A stretch of 64,000 nt of DNA from Nitrospirota bacterium (GTDB taxonomy: Bacteria > Nitrospirota > UBA9217). The notes beneath the pieces were generated by a model that saw only the letters and a program-made list of their open reading frames with translations, was not told where the DNA came from and made no database searches. Both the position numbers and the translations under genes were made by a program. The stretch lies in the NCBI GenBank assembly GCA_963751455.1, contig CAVVUN010000015.1:64001-128000 (forward strand). Direction: 5' to 3'. Positions 10,884 through 21,171 of this stretch are shown in pieces (position 1 is the stretch's first letter; every line of letters begins with the position of its first letter).

Positions 10884-12488
10884 TTACCCTTGTGCGTTCT
10901 GCATTTCTCTCTTGAACTCGGAATTGAAATGAAACTTGATTTCGGGATTTGCTTCGATCATATTCCGGAGCACCCAATCCGACTCAGCCAGAAAGACGAT
11001 ATTGCCGTCCTTGTCCGTTGCGATGCGGTCCGATTTGAACCGGCAGAATTTTTCCATTTCAAGTTTGTCATCGGCAGTGATCCAGCACGCCTTGAAGACC
11101 TTCATTTCCTGGAAGCGGCATTTTGCGCCGTACTCATGTTCCAGCCGGTACTGAAGCACGTCGAACTGCAGCTGCCCGACCGTTCCTACTATCCTGCGGT
11201 TTCCCTGCTGCTGCGTAAACAGCTGTGCAACGCCTTCGTCCGTAAGCTGTTCGATGCCCTTCGCGAGCTGCTTCGATTTCGACGGGTCCAGGTTAACCAG
11301 TTCCTTGAACACCTCGGGTGAAAAAGTCGGCATTCCCTGGAACATCAGTTTCTCGCCTTCAGTCAGCGTATCGCCGATTTTGAAGTTTCCGGTATCGTAC
11401 AGGCCGATCACATCGCCGGGAAAGGCCTCATCAACAATGCTTTTTCTGGCCCCCAGGAAACTTGCGGGGCTGGTGAAGCGGATGTTCTTACCCGTGCGGA
11501 CATGGTGGAACATTTTGTTCCGTTCGAACCTGCCGGAGCAGACGCGAATAAAGGCTATTCGGTCCCGGTGGCGGGGGTCGAGGTTTGCGTGGATCTTGAA
11601 CACGAATCCCGTGAAATCCTTTTCGTCGGCGCTGACAACACGCCTGTCTGTTGGCCTGCCGCCCGGAATCGGAGCGATCTCCGTGAAGGTTTCGAGCAGC
11701 TCTTTTACGCCGAAGTTGTTGATGGCGCTGCCGAAGAACACCGGCGCAAGCTCGCCGCGGAGATATGCCTTGACATCAAAGGGGTCATGGGTGCCTGAAA
11801 TCAATGCCACGTCTTCCTTGAGCTGTGCGGCGTAATCACCGAGCTGCTGGTCGAGCACCGGGTCGTCAAGGCCCCTGATTGCGAGCACGTCGTCCGAAAC
11901 AGTCACGCCTCCCGGACGGAAGAGATAAAGACTGTTGTTGTAGAGGTTGTAGACACCTTTGAAGGAGGTGCCCATGCTGATCGGCCAGGACAGGGGCTGA
12001 ACCTTGATCGCGAGTTTGGTTTCAAGCTCGTCCAGGAGCTCAAAGGGATTTTTGCCCTCACGGTCGAGCTTGTTGACGAAGATGATGACCGGTGTATTTC
12101 GCATCCTGCAGACCTGCATCAGTTTCTCTGTCTGCTCTTCGACCCCTTTTACGCAGTCGACGACAAGAATGACGCTGTCGACGGCAGTAAGCGTTCGATA
12201 GGTGTCCTCGGCAAAGTCCTTGTGCCCGGGCGTGTCCAGGAGGTTGATCTTGAGGCCGTTGTAATCGAAGCCCATGACAGAGGTGGCAACGGAAATGCCG
12301 CGCTGGCGCTCTATATCCATAAAATCGGAAGCAGTGCTTTTTCTGATCTTGTTCGACTTGACCGCGCCGGCCACCTGGATGGCGCCGCCAAAGAGGAGGA
12401 ACTTTTCGGTCAGGGTCGTCTTGCCCGCGTCCGGGTGGCTGATGATCGCAAAGGTCCGCCGTTTCTGTATTTCGTCACTGTAGTCCAT
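10884..12488 (-). CDS. prfC: Peptide chain release factor 3
   Basis: [54 protein letters not shown]. Confidence 0.97.
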   Translation of the reverse strand: MDYSDEIQKRRTFAIISHPDAGKTTLTEKFLLFGGAIQVAGAVKSNKIRKSTASDFMDIERQRGISVATSVMGFDYNGLKINLLDTPGHKDFAEDTYRTLTAVDSVILVVDCVKGVEEQTEKLMQVCRMRNTPVIIFVNKLDREGKNPFELLDELETKLAIKVQPLSWPISMGTSFKGVYNLYNNSLYLFRPGGVTVSDDVLAIRGLDDPVLDQQLGDYAAQLKEDVALISGTHDPFDVKAYLRGELAPVFFGSAINNFGVKELLETFTEIAPIPGGRPTDRRVVSADEKDFTGFVFKIHANLDPRHRDRIAFIRVCSGRFERNKMFHHVRTGKNIRFTSPASFLGARKSIVDEAFPGDVIGLYDTGNFKIGDTLTEGEKLMFQGMPTFSPEVFKELVNLDPSKSKQLAKGIEQLTDEGVAQLFTQQQGNRRIVGTVGQLQFDVLQYRLEHEYGAKCRFQEMKVFKACWITADDKLEMEKFCRFKSDRIATDKDGNIVFLAESDWVLRNMIEANPEIKFHFNSEFKREMQNAQG

Positions 12489-12597
12489 AATCAGATCGTC
12501 CTTAAACAAGCCTCATAAATTAACAAGTGAAGGCAGAAATGTCAAGGTTTTTCGGGCTGGGAGAATCTGCCTTGGAAAAATCGGGCAGCGGGATTCT

Positions 12598-13368
12598 CTA
12601 CGCATTGAACACTCTGCTGATCTCGTCGTGAGCGCGCACGGCGAGTTCCTTTCTTGACGCCTGCTCGCCAGGCTCGATAATCTTCAGCGCGGTTGCCTCG
12701 ACTCTAACGGATTTCAAAGACAGAAACTTCGGAAAATGTTTCAGGAAGCTTATTCCGCCATAATAAAAAATCGCGCTACTGTTGCGGCCTGAAACCGGCT
12801 CGCCGTTTACTGCGGTATATCGCAGGCAGAGAGGTAAAATATCGGCTTTTGCAGAGATAGCGGCATCGAACAGCGAATTCTTAAAAGGCCGCACCCCGGT
12901 CCCATCGGAGGTCGTACCTTCGGGAAAAAGCGCGACCGTAAATCCGTCTTCAAGAACGCGGGATATTTCAGAGATTTCGTTTTTCAGGCCTGACGGCTTT
13001 CTCCGTTCGATGAAAAGGCTGCCGCCGAACCGGGCGAGCGTTCCGAGCAGCGCCGTCTGCTTCAGCTCGATTGATGTAATGAAGACCGACGGCATGAGCG
13101 AAGCGATGACGAGCACGTCTACGTATGATAGATGGTTAGCGACGATAAGACGCGGTTTGCGGTTCGTCTCCAGGCGGGGTCCCTGCTTCAACTCCACCCG
13201 CACGCCGAATAAAGCGAGCGCAACTTTGCAGAAGAAAGAAGTGTTTCGCGTTCGCATCTTTCTCCGAAAGGCGCTGCCTGCGGGCAGAACCGTGATTACG
13301 GTCGAAGCAAAAATATAGCAGAGGAGAATAAAGACAATGCCGGCCTTCTTGATAAATTTTGTCGCCAT
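12598..13368 (-). CDS. 1-acyl-sn-glycerol-3-phosphate / lysophospholipid acyltransferase (PlsC-like)
   Basis: NHLSYVD and FPEGTTS motifs. Confidence 0.88.
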   Translation of the reverse strand: MATKFIKKAGIVFILLCYIFASTVITVLPAGSAFRRKMRTRNTSFFCKVALALFGVRVELKQGPRLETNRKPRLIVANHLSYVDVLVIASLMPSVFITSIELKQTALLGTLARFGGSLFIERRKPSGLKNEISEISRVLEDGFTVALFPEGTTSDGTGVRPFKNSLFDAAISAKADILPLCLRYTAVNGEPVSGRNSSAIFYYGGISFLKHFPKFLSLKSVRVEATALKIIEPGEQASRKELAVRAHDEISRVFNA

Positions 13369-13527
13369 TGTTTGCGGTTTTCACGACCTCCACGGTTGCA
13401 TCATGATTTCCAGCAATGATTATCTCACAGTGACTGTCTTATTTCAATCGGAACGGCCGGTTACTTCTTCTCTTTCCGGACAGCACGCATGCGTTCTGAA
13501 CTCAGATGACGTATGAAATCAACGGGG

Positions 13528-13556
13528 TTTACAGAAAAGTGAACAAAGGCTATACT
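13528..13556 (+). promoter_or_regulatory. Putative sigma70 promoter
   Basis: TTTACA-17nt-TATACT upstream of 13609. Confidence 0.5.
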
Positions 13557-13608
13557 TGAATTAGGAACACAAGCGAAAGTAACACGATACGAGGAGGCAT
13601 TTAGGAGT

Positions 13609-13914
13609 ATGATTGTTGAATTCAGCATCGTTCCTGTCGGTACGGGTGTAAGCGTAAGCCCGCAGGTAGCGCGGGTCCTTAAAATTGTAGTGGAAAGCGG
13701 TGTTCCTTACAAGGCGAACCCCATGGGGACCGTTCTGGAAGGCGAGTGGGAGACGGTTATGAAGATTATCCAAAAATGCCATGCCGAAGTAATGAAGGAC
13801 GCGGACCGGGCGATTACGTCGATAAAGATCGATGACCGCAAAGGAAAAAAAGAGTGGATGGAAGGGAAAATAGTTTCTGTAGAGCAGAAACTCGGGATGA
13901 AGCTTAACAAATGA
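13609..13914 (+). CDS. MTH1187 / thiamine-binding family protein
   Basis: EFSIVPVGTGVSVS, NPMGTVLEGEW, TSIKIDDR. Confidence 0.88.
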   Translation: MIVEFSIVPVGTGVSVSPQVARVLKIVVESGVPYKANPMGTVLEGEWETVMKIIQKCHAEVMKDADRAITSIKIDDRKGKKEWMEGKIVSVEQKLGMKLNK

Positions 13915-13930
13915 ACTAAAGGAGAGGCTG

Positions 13931-14152
13931 ATGGCCAATAAACTGGAAAGTGAACTCAGGGAGCGGGTGAAGATCCAGGAGAAGGCGCTTCAGAATCTCG
14001 CGGACACCCTGAGAAAGCGGGAAGTTATGCTCGATGATAAGATGCAGGACGTACTCGAAGAGCTTAAGGCCCTCAAAATGTTTCTCGCCAGAAGCGACCC
14101 GGATTTCAAAAAAGAATTTCCGGAGATTCGGAAAAAAGTGAAGGCTGCATGA
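13931..14152 (+). CDS. Small coiled-coil hypothetical protein
   Basis: Good RBS (AAGGAGAGG), operon position, charged heptad-like sequence. Confidence 0.65.
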   Translation: MANKLESELRERVKIQEKALQNLADTLRKREVMLDDKMQDVLEELKALKMFLARSDPDFKKEFPEIRKKVKAA

Positions 14153-14253
14153 TTACGATGTTTAATCCAAGGTCCTGTCGCAACTATTCCGCCTGTCATA
14201 ACAATATCCGAGAATAAAAAACCTCGGCGCTTCATTATTTTAAATCGAGGAGG

Positions 14254-14784
14254 ATGATTATGAAGATGGCAGCAAAAGGATCAAGGGGCTACAAACTGTC
14301 ATACAAAAAAAAGAGCGCTACAACCGACCCGTATCTCCCCAGAGGGGCAAGCCGGAAGATTACCGTATGCGGATCCTGTCATGCCGTTTACACCAACAAA
14401 CGGTGGAGTTTTGATTCCAATCTGTACGAGAATTCCGTCAAGGACCCGGCTACAACAGTCTCATTGTGCCCGGCAGATCAGAAGATCCGTGACGATTTCC
14501 CCGGCGGGCTCGTAACGGTCAAGGGAGGATTTTTCGTTGAGCACAGGAACGACTTGTTGAACCTAATTAAGAACGAGGAAGAGCGTGCTCAGGGATTTAA
14601 TCCGCTCGAACGCGTGATGTATGTGAGAGAGAACGGATCGGGTACAATCGTCATCGCGACTACGAACGAGAAAATGGCACAGCGGCTCGGAAGGGCGATC
14701 AAAAAGGCGTTTCACGGCGAGGTAACGTACAACTGGTCGCATGACACGAAACTGGTCAGAGTGGAGTGCGAGATGGCGGCGTAG
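14254..14784 (+). CDS. BCAM0308-like protein (Zn-ribbon-containing)
   Basis: DPY...VCGSCHAVY...RW...CPA..KIRDDFPGG...NPLER pattern. Confidence 0.75.
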   Translation: MIMKMAAKGSRGYKLSYKKKSATTDPYLPRGASRKITVCGSCHAVYTNKRWSFDSNLYENSVKDPATTVSLCPADQKIRDDFPGGLVTVKGGFFVEHRNDLLNLIKNEEERAQGFNPLERVMYVRENGSGTIVIATTNEKMAQRLGRAIKKAFHGEVTYNWSHDTKLVRVECEMAA

Positions 14785-14810
14785 AGGCGATTCAAAGAGG
14801 CAAAGAGGAA

Positions 14811-14842
14811 AGGGCTGATTTCGAAAGGAGTCGGCCTTTTTT
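14811..14842 (+). terminator. Intrinsic terminator
   Basis: GGGCTGATTTC-GAAA-GGAGTCGGCC followed by a T tract. Confidence 0.6.
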
Positions 14843-14858
14843 GTTGTAGATTAGAGTT

Positions 14859-14976
14859 GGACAAAAATCAGGACAAAAACATGGACAAAAATTGAGACAA
14901 ATTATTCTGCATAATAAAAATAAATATATTATTTCAATAAGTTATAGGACATCAAATAAGGACAAAAATCAAGACA
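14859..14976. repeat. 12-bp-period direct repeats (GGACAAAAA core) around an IHF-like site
   Basis: GGACAAAAATCA GGACAAAAACAT GGACAAAAATTG AGACAAA ... TTTCAATAAGTTA ... GGACATCAAATAA GGACAAAAATCA AGACA. Confidence 0.65.
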
Positions 14977-15129
14977 TTTAGGCTGCTATTTCTCAGTCAT
15001 ATGTGGATCTATCGCACATTTATTCGAAAATTTGAGTTAAAAACGGTAATAATTGTAATTAAGCTTTTGGCTTTTTGCACAAATTACGCAATAATTAACT
15101 TATAATTTAAAATTTATGGGGGTTTAACT

Positions 15130-16250
15130 ATGCTGATTGAATTCAGCGTAACAAATTACCGGTCCATACGCGAGAAACAAACGCTCAGCATGGCCGCCAG
15201 CAAATATTATGGCGAGCTGAAAGACCAGAATTGTTTTGACAGCGGCATTCCTGGCTTGCCTCAGCTTGTGCGGTCAGCAGTAATCTACGGCCCAAATGCG
15301 TCGGGCAAAAGTAATCTCCTTGTAGCGCTCTCGTTGATGCAGGATATGGTTCGGTCGTCGGCAAAAGAGATCCAGGCAGGCGAAAAACTTGACATCTATT
15401 CTTTTCAGCTTGACCGGGCAAGCAAGGACAAAGAGAGTGAGTTTGATCGTTGCGGCCGCCGTCCGGGATAGGCAATCAGCCATTCGCGCATCACCCGGGA
15501 TCTGTTGACGGCAAAACCGTACCGATAGCGGACCTCGCCTTCAATAGCGAACAGCTGATGCCGGTGTTCAACTGGTTCCAGAAACGTCTTCGCGTACTGT
15601 CGCCGAACTTCACCCTTGATCCCGGATACACAGCGAGCGCCTGCGAAACCGAAAAGGGAAAAAACAAAGTGATTAAATTTCTGAGCGCTGCAGACTTAAG
15701 CATCGCCGATATTCGCATTGTCAAAAGAAAATTTACACCCGACGAACTGCCAAAAGACTTGCCTGCGGAGCTCAAGGAACATCTGCGCAAAGAGATGGAG
15801 GGCAAAGAGGTAAGAGATATAAAATTCATGCATAAGAACACAGAAACAGGGGAACTTGTTCCCTTCGATCCCCGAGACGAATCGGACGGCACAAAGAACC
15901 TGTTCGCCTTCGCCGGCCCCTGGCTCGATGTGATAGGCCATGATAAGGTGCTTTTCGTCGATGAGATCGATTCCAGCCTGCACCCGCTAATCGTGCACGA
16001 GCTCGTACGCCTCATGCATCAGTCCGGCGGCAAGGCACAACTCGTATTCACCACCCATGATACAACGATCCTGAGCCAAAATATCATGCGCCGGGACCAG
16101 GTATGGTTCATCGAAAAGAATGATGCACAGGCTTCGAGACTGTATCCATTATCCGATTTCAAGGCCCGGGAGAAGGAGGCACTGGAGCGAGGATATCTAC
16201 GCGGACGTTACGGGGCCATACCGTTTATCCAAGAGACGCTCAAGTTATGA
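15130..16250 (+). pseudogene. AAA_21 (RloA/AbiEii-like) ATPase, split with internal disruption
   Basis: N-part with GPNASGKS (15130-~15449); C-part with ESDGT, LFVDEIDSSLHP, FTTHD, YLRGRYGAIP; frame break at the junction. Confidence 0.8.
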
Positions 16251-16425
16251 GAAAGCAACAGAAACGGATAACGGCCTCGCTGGAACGATTAAGGGCATTT
16301 CGGAAAATAGCAATTTCCAAGTTGAAGCTCGGCGATCCCTCGTTCATCCCAAAATGTTCATATTCGGGGCTGTAAAATACTGTTAACCTTTTGGGTTATT
16401 ATTTTATTGACATTATGGATGTTCC

Positions 16426-16764
16426 ATGTTAATGTCTTTCAAGAGCGAGAAGTTCGAAAAAGAATGTAATGACTTGAAGCTCCTCACGCGAGTGTGGGGG
16501 GCTGAGCAGGCCCGGCTGATCGCCCGCCGGCTGACGGAGTTTGCCGCGGCGGAGAATCTCGAAACCATGCGGACCTTGCCGCAGGCGCGCGCGCACGAAT
16601 TAAAGGGAAACCGCGAAGAGCAAATATCGCTCGACGTGAAGCACCCGTACCGTTTGATCGCCATCCCCGACTACGACACGCCGCCGCGCAGGAAAGACGG
16701 CGGTCTTGACTGGCAAAAAATAACAAAAATAAAAATACTGGAAGTGACGGACACTCATGAGTAA
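16426..16764 (+). CDS. HigB/RelE-like toxin (killer protein)
   Basis: RAHELKGNREEQISLDVKHPYRLI pattern; overlaps the antitoxin gene; palindrome TAACCTTTTGGGTTA upstream at ~16384-16398. Confidence 0.8.
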   Translation: MLMSFKSEKFEKECNDLKLLTRVWGAEQARLIARRLTEFAAAENLETMRTLPQARAHELKGNREEQISLDVKHPYRLIAIPDYDTPPRRKDGGLDWQKITKIKILEVTDTHE

Positions 16765-17848
16765 GAAAAACCAGAGTGCATTCAAGCCTAATTACGCCAT
16801 CGCGCCGGGAGAGACTCTGCGGGAAACCCTGGAAACGCTTGGCATGAGTCAGACGGAATTTGCCGACCGGACCGGCAGGCCGAAAAAAACCATCAACGAA
16901 ATCATGACGGGCAAGGCGGCCATCACCGCGGAGACGGCCCTTCAGTTCGAGCGGGTTCTCGGCGTTCCCGCTTCTTTCTGGAACAACCTGGAGAGGAACT
17001 ACCAGGAGGCGCGTGCCAGGTTAAAAGAAGAAGAGCGTCTTCAGACCAACGTGAAATGGTTGAAAAACTTCCCGATCGCGCACCTTGTGAAAATCGGATG
17101 GATGCCCCGGGAAGACGATCCGCTCAGGCAGCTCCAGGCCCTCCTTAACTTCTTCGGCGTCGCCGGGATCGACGAGTGGAACACTTTCTGGAAAAGTCCC
17201 GAGGCGGCATATCGAAAATCAGCGGCGTTCCAGAGCAGTCCCTATGCCACGGCTGCGTGGCTGCGAAAGGGTGAGATTCAAGCCGCGTCCATTCAGTGCA
17301 AACCGCACGATAAAACCGCATTTCAAAGCACTCTCGAAAAGATCCGCGCCATGACGACCAAACCTCCCGAAACCTTTGAGCCGGAGATGGTAAAACTCTG
17401 CGCCGAAACCGGCGTTGCGGTAACATTCGTTCCCGAGCTGCCCGGCACGCGCGTATACGGCGCAACGAGATGGATCAATCCGAACAAGGCCCTGATCCAG
17501 CTTAGCCTCCGGGGCAAGAGCGACGATCATCTCTGGTTCGCGTTCTTCCATGAAGCGGGACACATTCTGTACCATGGGAAGAAAGAGGTTTTCATCGAGG
17601 AGAAGGACAAACCCGGCAATAAGGCGGAGCAGGAAGCCGACCGTTTTGCGCAGGACTTTTTAATACCGCCGGGTGAATACAAGGCTTTTCGAAGCGGCGG
17701 CAGCTTCGATATAGCGGCTATACGGCGGTTTGCGGGCAAGATGGGCATTGCACCCGGCGTAGTCGTCGGCAGACTTCAGCACGACAAAGCCATTCATTTC
17801 AGCAAGGCCAACAGCCTTAAGACGAGCTTTCAGTTTGCGAAACGATAA
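16757..17848 (+). CDS. HigA-family antitoxin with ImmA/IrrE-type metallopeptidase domain
   Basis: PGETLRE..HTH..FWNNLE N-terminus; WFAFFHEAGH (HExxH) and EQEADRFA C-terminus. Confidence 0.85.
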   Translation: MSKKNQSAFKPNYAIAPGETLRETLETLGMSQTEFADRTGRPKKTINEIMTGKAAITAETALQFERVLGVPASFWNNLERNYQEARARLKEEERLQTNVKWLKNFPIAHLVKIGWMPREDDPLRQLQALLNFFGVAGIDEWNTFWKSPEAAYRKSAAFQSSPYATAAWLRKGEIQAASIQCKPHDKTAFQSTLEKIRAMTTKPPETFEPEMVKLCAETGVAVTFVPELPGTRVYGATRWINPNKALIQLSLRGKSDDHLWFAFFHEAGHILYHGKKEVFIEEKDKPGNKAEQEADRFAQDFLIPPGEYKAFRSGGSFDIAAIRRFAGKMGIAPGVVVGRLQHDKAIHFSKANSLKTSFQFAKR

Positions 17849-17877
17849 ACGTTGTTAACTTTACCCATAATAAAAAT

Positions 17878-18045
17878 ATGAAGAAGGCAAAATCCGCAAT
17901 AGATATTATAAGACTGCCGAAACAGGAACGAAATGCAATACCGCGAACAGCAGCGAAAAAAGCCGAAAAGGAGTATTTGGAGAATTCCGCACTGATTTCT
18001 TTCGGCGCGTTTGCAGAGGACGATCTTTATGATGGGACCAAGTAG
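17878..18045 (+). CDS. Small putative antitoxin (55 aa), copy 1; missed by the ORF track
   Basis: MKKAKSAIDIIRLPKQERNAIPRTAAKKAEKEYLENSALISFGAFAEDDLYDGTK*; paralog of the IS-split gene at 19718; overlaps a PemK-like stub MMGPSRGKV*. Confidence 0.65.
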   Translation: MKKAKSAIDIIRLPKQERNAIPRTAAKKAEKEYLENSALISFGAFAEDDLYDGTK

Positions 18046-18183
18046 GGGGAAAGTGTAAGGGCAACTTCGCAACGGATGCAAGGCACGGTCCTAAAGGCGC
18101 TCGTGTGGACTGGGAGCGGGCGGCATAACTAGTTAAAAATGCTGACCTTTTGTAAAAGGCCGGCATTTTATATACAAATATTG

Positions 18184-18234
18184 TTTATCAATTGATAAAT
18201 TTATGTTGACAATTATATTAATAGGTATTATAAT
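18184..18234 (+). promoter_or_regulatory. Consensus sigma70 promoter with upstream palindromic operator
   Basis: TTGACA (18206)-17nt-TATAAT (18229); perfect 16-bp palindrome TTTATCAATTGATAAA (18184-18199). Confidence 0.7.
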
Positions 18235-18274
18235 TTACTCGAACGGTAAGATTGGAAAGGAGGTGGCGGCATGA

Positions 18275-18631
18275 ATGGATAGTATAAAACGGGCGGTAGT
18301 TGCTGCATTTTTGAAGGGATTCAAGATGTTGGCGGAAAGAGATAAAGGAATCTACACTGTAAATCGTCGGGAACACGCAGATGCCCTCGCAGAACTTGAA
18401 ATAACAGAACAAGACAGACTAAACGAAATATTGACCTTATCAATAGAAAATTATATCAGCGGCCCAGAGCCTGATAGAGACCAGCCCGGAGAGGTCTGGA
18501 AATTTGGAAAAGAAATCAACGGACACGAAGTCCATATAAAACTCAAAATAGCCGAAACCGGCGACAAAAAAATTGCGAAGTGCATATCATTTCATAAAGC
18601 CAAACATGCGCAAAAATACCCGCTTAGATGA
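18275..18631 (+). CDS. MqsR-like type II toxin
   Basis: NYISGPEPD..VWKFGKEING.EV.IKLKI...CISFH pattern; directly upstream of an MqsA-like gene. Confidence 0.75.
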   Translation: MDSIKRAVVAAFLKGFKMLAERDKGIYTVNRREHADALAELEITEQDRLNEILTLSIENYISGPEPDRDQPGEVWKFGKEINGHEVHIKLKIAETGDKKIAKCISFHKAKHAQKYPLR

Positions 18632-18646
18632 AAAATATAGACGGGG

Positions 18647-19660
18647 GTGATAGTTATGAAGAAGAAAGATATTTGTCCGAATTGTGAAAAGATAACTGAA
18701 ATTGAATTCGTAAGAACGACGGAACCTTTTAAGGTGCGTGGCGAAGAGATCGATGTCGATGTAGAATACTACAAGTGCCTGGAATGCGGAGGAGAATTCA
18801 CTCCTCCGCATTCCGGCGCCGATCCTCTGGACACGGCATATCGGGAATATCGCAAGCGTCATAGCATGCTTCAACCTGGAGAGATTCGTGAACATCGGGA
18901 AAGGTACGGACTCACCCAGCAGGAGATGAGCAAGCTCCTCGGATGGGGACTCGCCACGCTGAGCCGCTACGAAAACGGCGCGCTCCAGGCCGACGCGCAC
19001 GAAAAGGCCCTTCGGCTCACCATGGAACCGCACAATCTCTTAAAGCTGCTTCAACAAAATCCGGATGCGATAAGCTCCGACGACAAGCGAGAGCGAATCA
19101 TCAAGGAACTCAAGATAATCGACGCGGAAAGCTGCACCTTTGAAAAGATTTATCTCGATCGATTTGGAAATTATCCTCCCGATGAATTGAGCGGCTTTAA
19201 GAAGCTTGATCTCGCCAAATTGTTCAATGCAATCCTTTTTTTCTGCAAGGATGACGGAACATTCAAGACAAGGCTCAACAAGTTTCTCTTTTATGCCGAC
19301 TTCAAGAATTATAAGGATACTAGCGTATCGATAACGGGTCTGCGTTACGTGCATTTACAACTTGGCCCGGTACCGGATAACTATGAGTACTATTTCGCTT
19401 CACTGGTTAATGAGCATGCCATTAGAATAGAAGAGGTATGCTTTACTGACCATTGCGGAGAGAAACTCATTTCTGAAAGAAAGCCGGATCTTGCAATCTT
19501 TTCTGACAGCGAATTAAAGACGCTCCTGTTTGTCAAAGAGCATTTTCAGAAAATGAGCTCTAGGGACATTAGCGAATATTCCCATAAGGAAAAAGCGTAT
19601 TCGCAAACATCGAGCGGAGATTTTATTTCGTATCAATACGCGGAGGAGCTAAGCATTTAG
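18647..19660 (+). CDS. MqsA-like antitoxin (Zn finger + HTH) fused to a DUF4065/Panacea domain
   Basis: CPNC...CLECG, LTQQEMSKLLGWGLATLSRYENG, KTRLNKFLFYADF...SITG.RY.HLQLGPVP...SEYSHKE. Confidence 0.8.
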   Translation: MIVMKKKDICPNCEKITEIEFVRTTEPFKVRGEEIDVDVEYYKCLECGGEFTPPHSGADPLDTAYREYRKRHSMLQPGEIREHRERYGLTQQEMSKLLGWGLATLSRYENGALQADAHEKALRLTMEPHNLLKLLQQNPDAISSDDKRERIIKELKIIDAESCTFEKIYLDRFGNYPPDELSGFKKLDLAKLFNAILFFCKDDGTFKTRLNKFLFYADFKNYKDTSVSITGLRYVHLQLGPVPDNYEYYFASLVNEHAIRIEEVCFTDHCGEKLISERKPDLAIFSDSELKTLLFVKEHFQKMSSRDISEYSHKEKAYSQTSSGDFISYQYAEELSI

Positions 19661-19782
19661 CTGCGGGAACAAGGAAAATAAGAGATTCTCGCATAGTATG
19701 GGCCTAATGAGAACAAAATGAAAAAAGCAAAATCAGCCGTAGATATCATAAAACTTCCGAAAGAGGAGCGGGCTAAAATATT

Positions 19783-21171
19783 GGTAGCGTTGTCAAGTGG
19801 AGACCTGACAAAAGCCCCCCATTTTACGCGCATTATGCATCAAATCCGTTATAGTAATAAGCCAGCCGGACTTTCATGACATTCAGCGCTCCGGCCTCGG
19901 TCCACTTGCTCACGTTTACCCGCATATTGACCGTGCGCATGAGTCGCTCCACCTTGCTCGTGGTCTTACCGTCTAATCTCTTCTTGATCGCCGTAAACAT
20001 ATCCGGGCGGGCATTTTCAAGATAAGCGGCTGTGTGAGTATATTCTCTCTCAGCGCACCGCTTTATCAGTTCATCCAGCCGGGCCTTCTTCGAAGCGATC
20101 ATCGCGGCTATCGTCTGCTTGTCGTCTACAAACGGCCGTATCGCGCAGATTTCCATCAGCTCCACGATCACATACAACCAGTCCTCGCTCTTACGCTTCA
20201 CTTTGTCCTGCCACAACACATACTTCGCTTGATAGGGAATATGCCACAAGCAGCGCTGAACAATTATCTTCACCTTCCCCTTAAGAGCATCCAGGATGGA
20301 GGTGTCGCCGTCGGTGATTAAGGAAAACGGACGGGTGAAGCTCCCCAGAGCCTTGAGACTCTTCTTGAAAAGGTTGTCCCAGGACCCGTTATAATTCCCG
20401 ATATCAAGGCCCGCCACCCGCACGCCGCCACCCTTCTTGTACTGTATGAACGCCTTCAATTCCTTCCCGCGCTTCTTGATTCCCTTGATGCCGATCCCGG
20501 TCCCGTCAGCCTCGCCCTGGGGAAGCTCCTTTTCATCAACCTTGAACTCTATTTCCGACCCCGTCTTTTGGACAGCGCTCCAGACCGTCATCTTGTCCAC
20601 GGCCCAGCCGAACATCTTGCCGATCTTCTCCGCCACACGAAAGGTTGTCAAGGAACCCAGAAGCCCAAGCTTTCGATAAATTTCTGCCGCTATTCGCTTT
20701 TTCGGCTTCATTCCGAGCAGCTTTCGGGTGATGTAGAGCTTACTCCCACAGCGTTTGCAAACAACCTGGAGCTGCTGTAACCAGACCCATTGGTAAAAGG
20801 CATGAATCTTAGTCTTTTTCCCGTGCCGCGTCTTCCATGTGAATTCCCGATCATTGCCGCACCCGCAGGCAAAAGGCTTTTTCTTAAGAGCCATCACATG
20901 CTCGCCAAAGCCTACAAGCACTTTCTGAATGAAGTCCGTCAAAATCTGCGGCAAAAGCTCGGCAAAGGCGGCGAGTATTGATGAAAGAGAGCTGTCCTTC
21001 AAATGCACTTCAAATTGACAATCAAAACTGATGGTGATACCTTTCCTTTGTGGGGTAACACCCATATTGCCCTCCTGTTTTATGGTTAGTTTCGTCCAAA
21101 ACTATTATCCATAAAATGGAGGGCAATTTGTTGTTACTTCATGTCCAAAGTCTCTCCTTTTCTACACTACC
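19783..21171 (-). mobile_element. Insertion sequence, 1389 bp (ISH6/ISLre2-like, IS256/Mutator-type DDE)
   Basis: Ends GGTAGCGT.../...ACACTACC (imperfect IR); 8-bp target duplication AAAATATT (19775-19782, 21172-21179); single transposase ORF. Family assignment is from memory of termini and motifs. Confidence 0.85.
19833..21065 (-). CDS. DDE transposase
   Basis: EADGT, ITDGD, QRCLWH, TTSKVERLMRTVN motifs; IR ATTGCCCTCC/GGAGGGCAAT overlaps its RBS. Confidence 0.85.
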   Translation of the reverse strand: MGVTPQRKGITISFDCQFEVHLKDSSLSSILAAFAELLPQILTDFIQKVLVGFGEHVMALKKKPFACGCGNDREFTWKTRHGKKTKIHAFYQWVWLQQLQVVCKRCGSKLYITRKLLGMKPKKRIAAEIYRKLGLLGSLTTFRVAEKIGKMFGWAVDKMTVWSAVQKTGSEIEFKVDEKELPQGEADGTGIGIKGIKKRGKELKAFIQYKKGGGVRVAGLDIGNYNGSWDNLFKKSLKALGSFTRPFSLITDGDTSILDALKGKVKIIVQRCLWHIPYQAKYVLWQDKVKRKSEDWLYVIVELMEICAIRPFVDDKQTIAAMIASKKARLDELIKRCAEREYTHTAAYLENARPDMFTAIKKRLDGKTTSKVERLMRTVNMRVNVSKWTEAGALNVMKVRLAYYYNGFDA

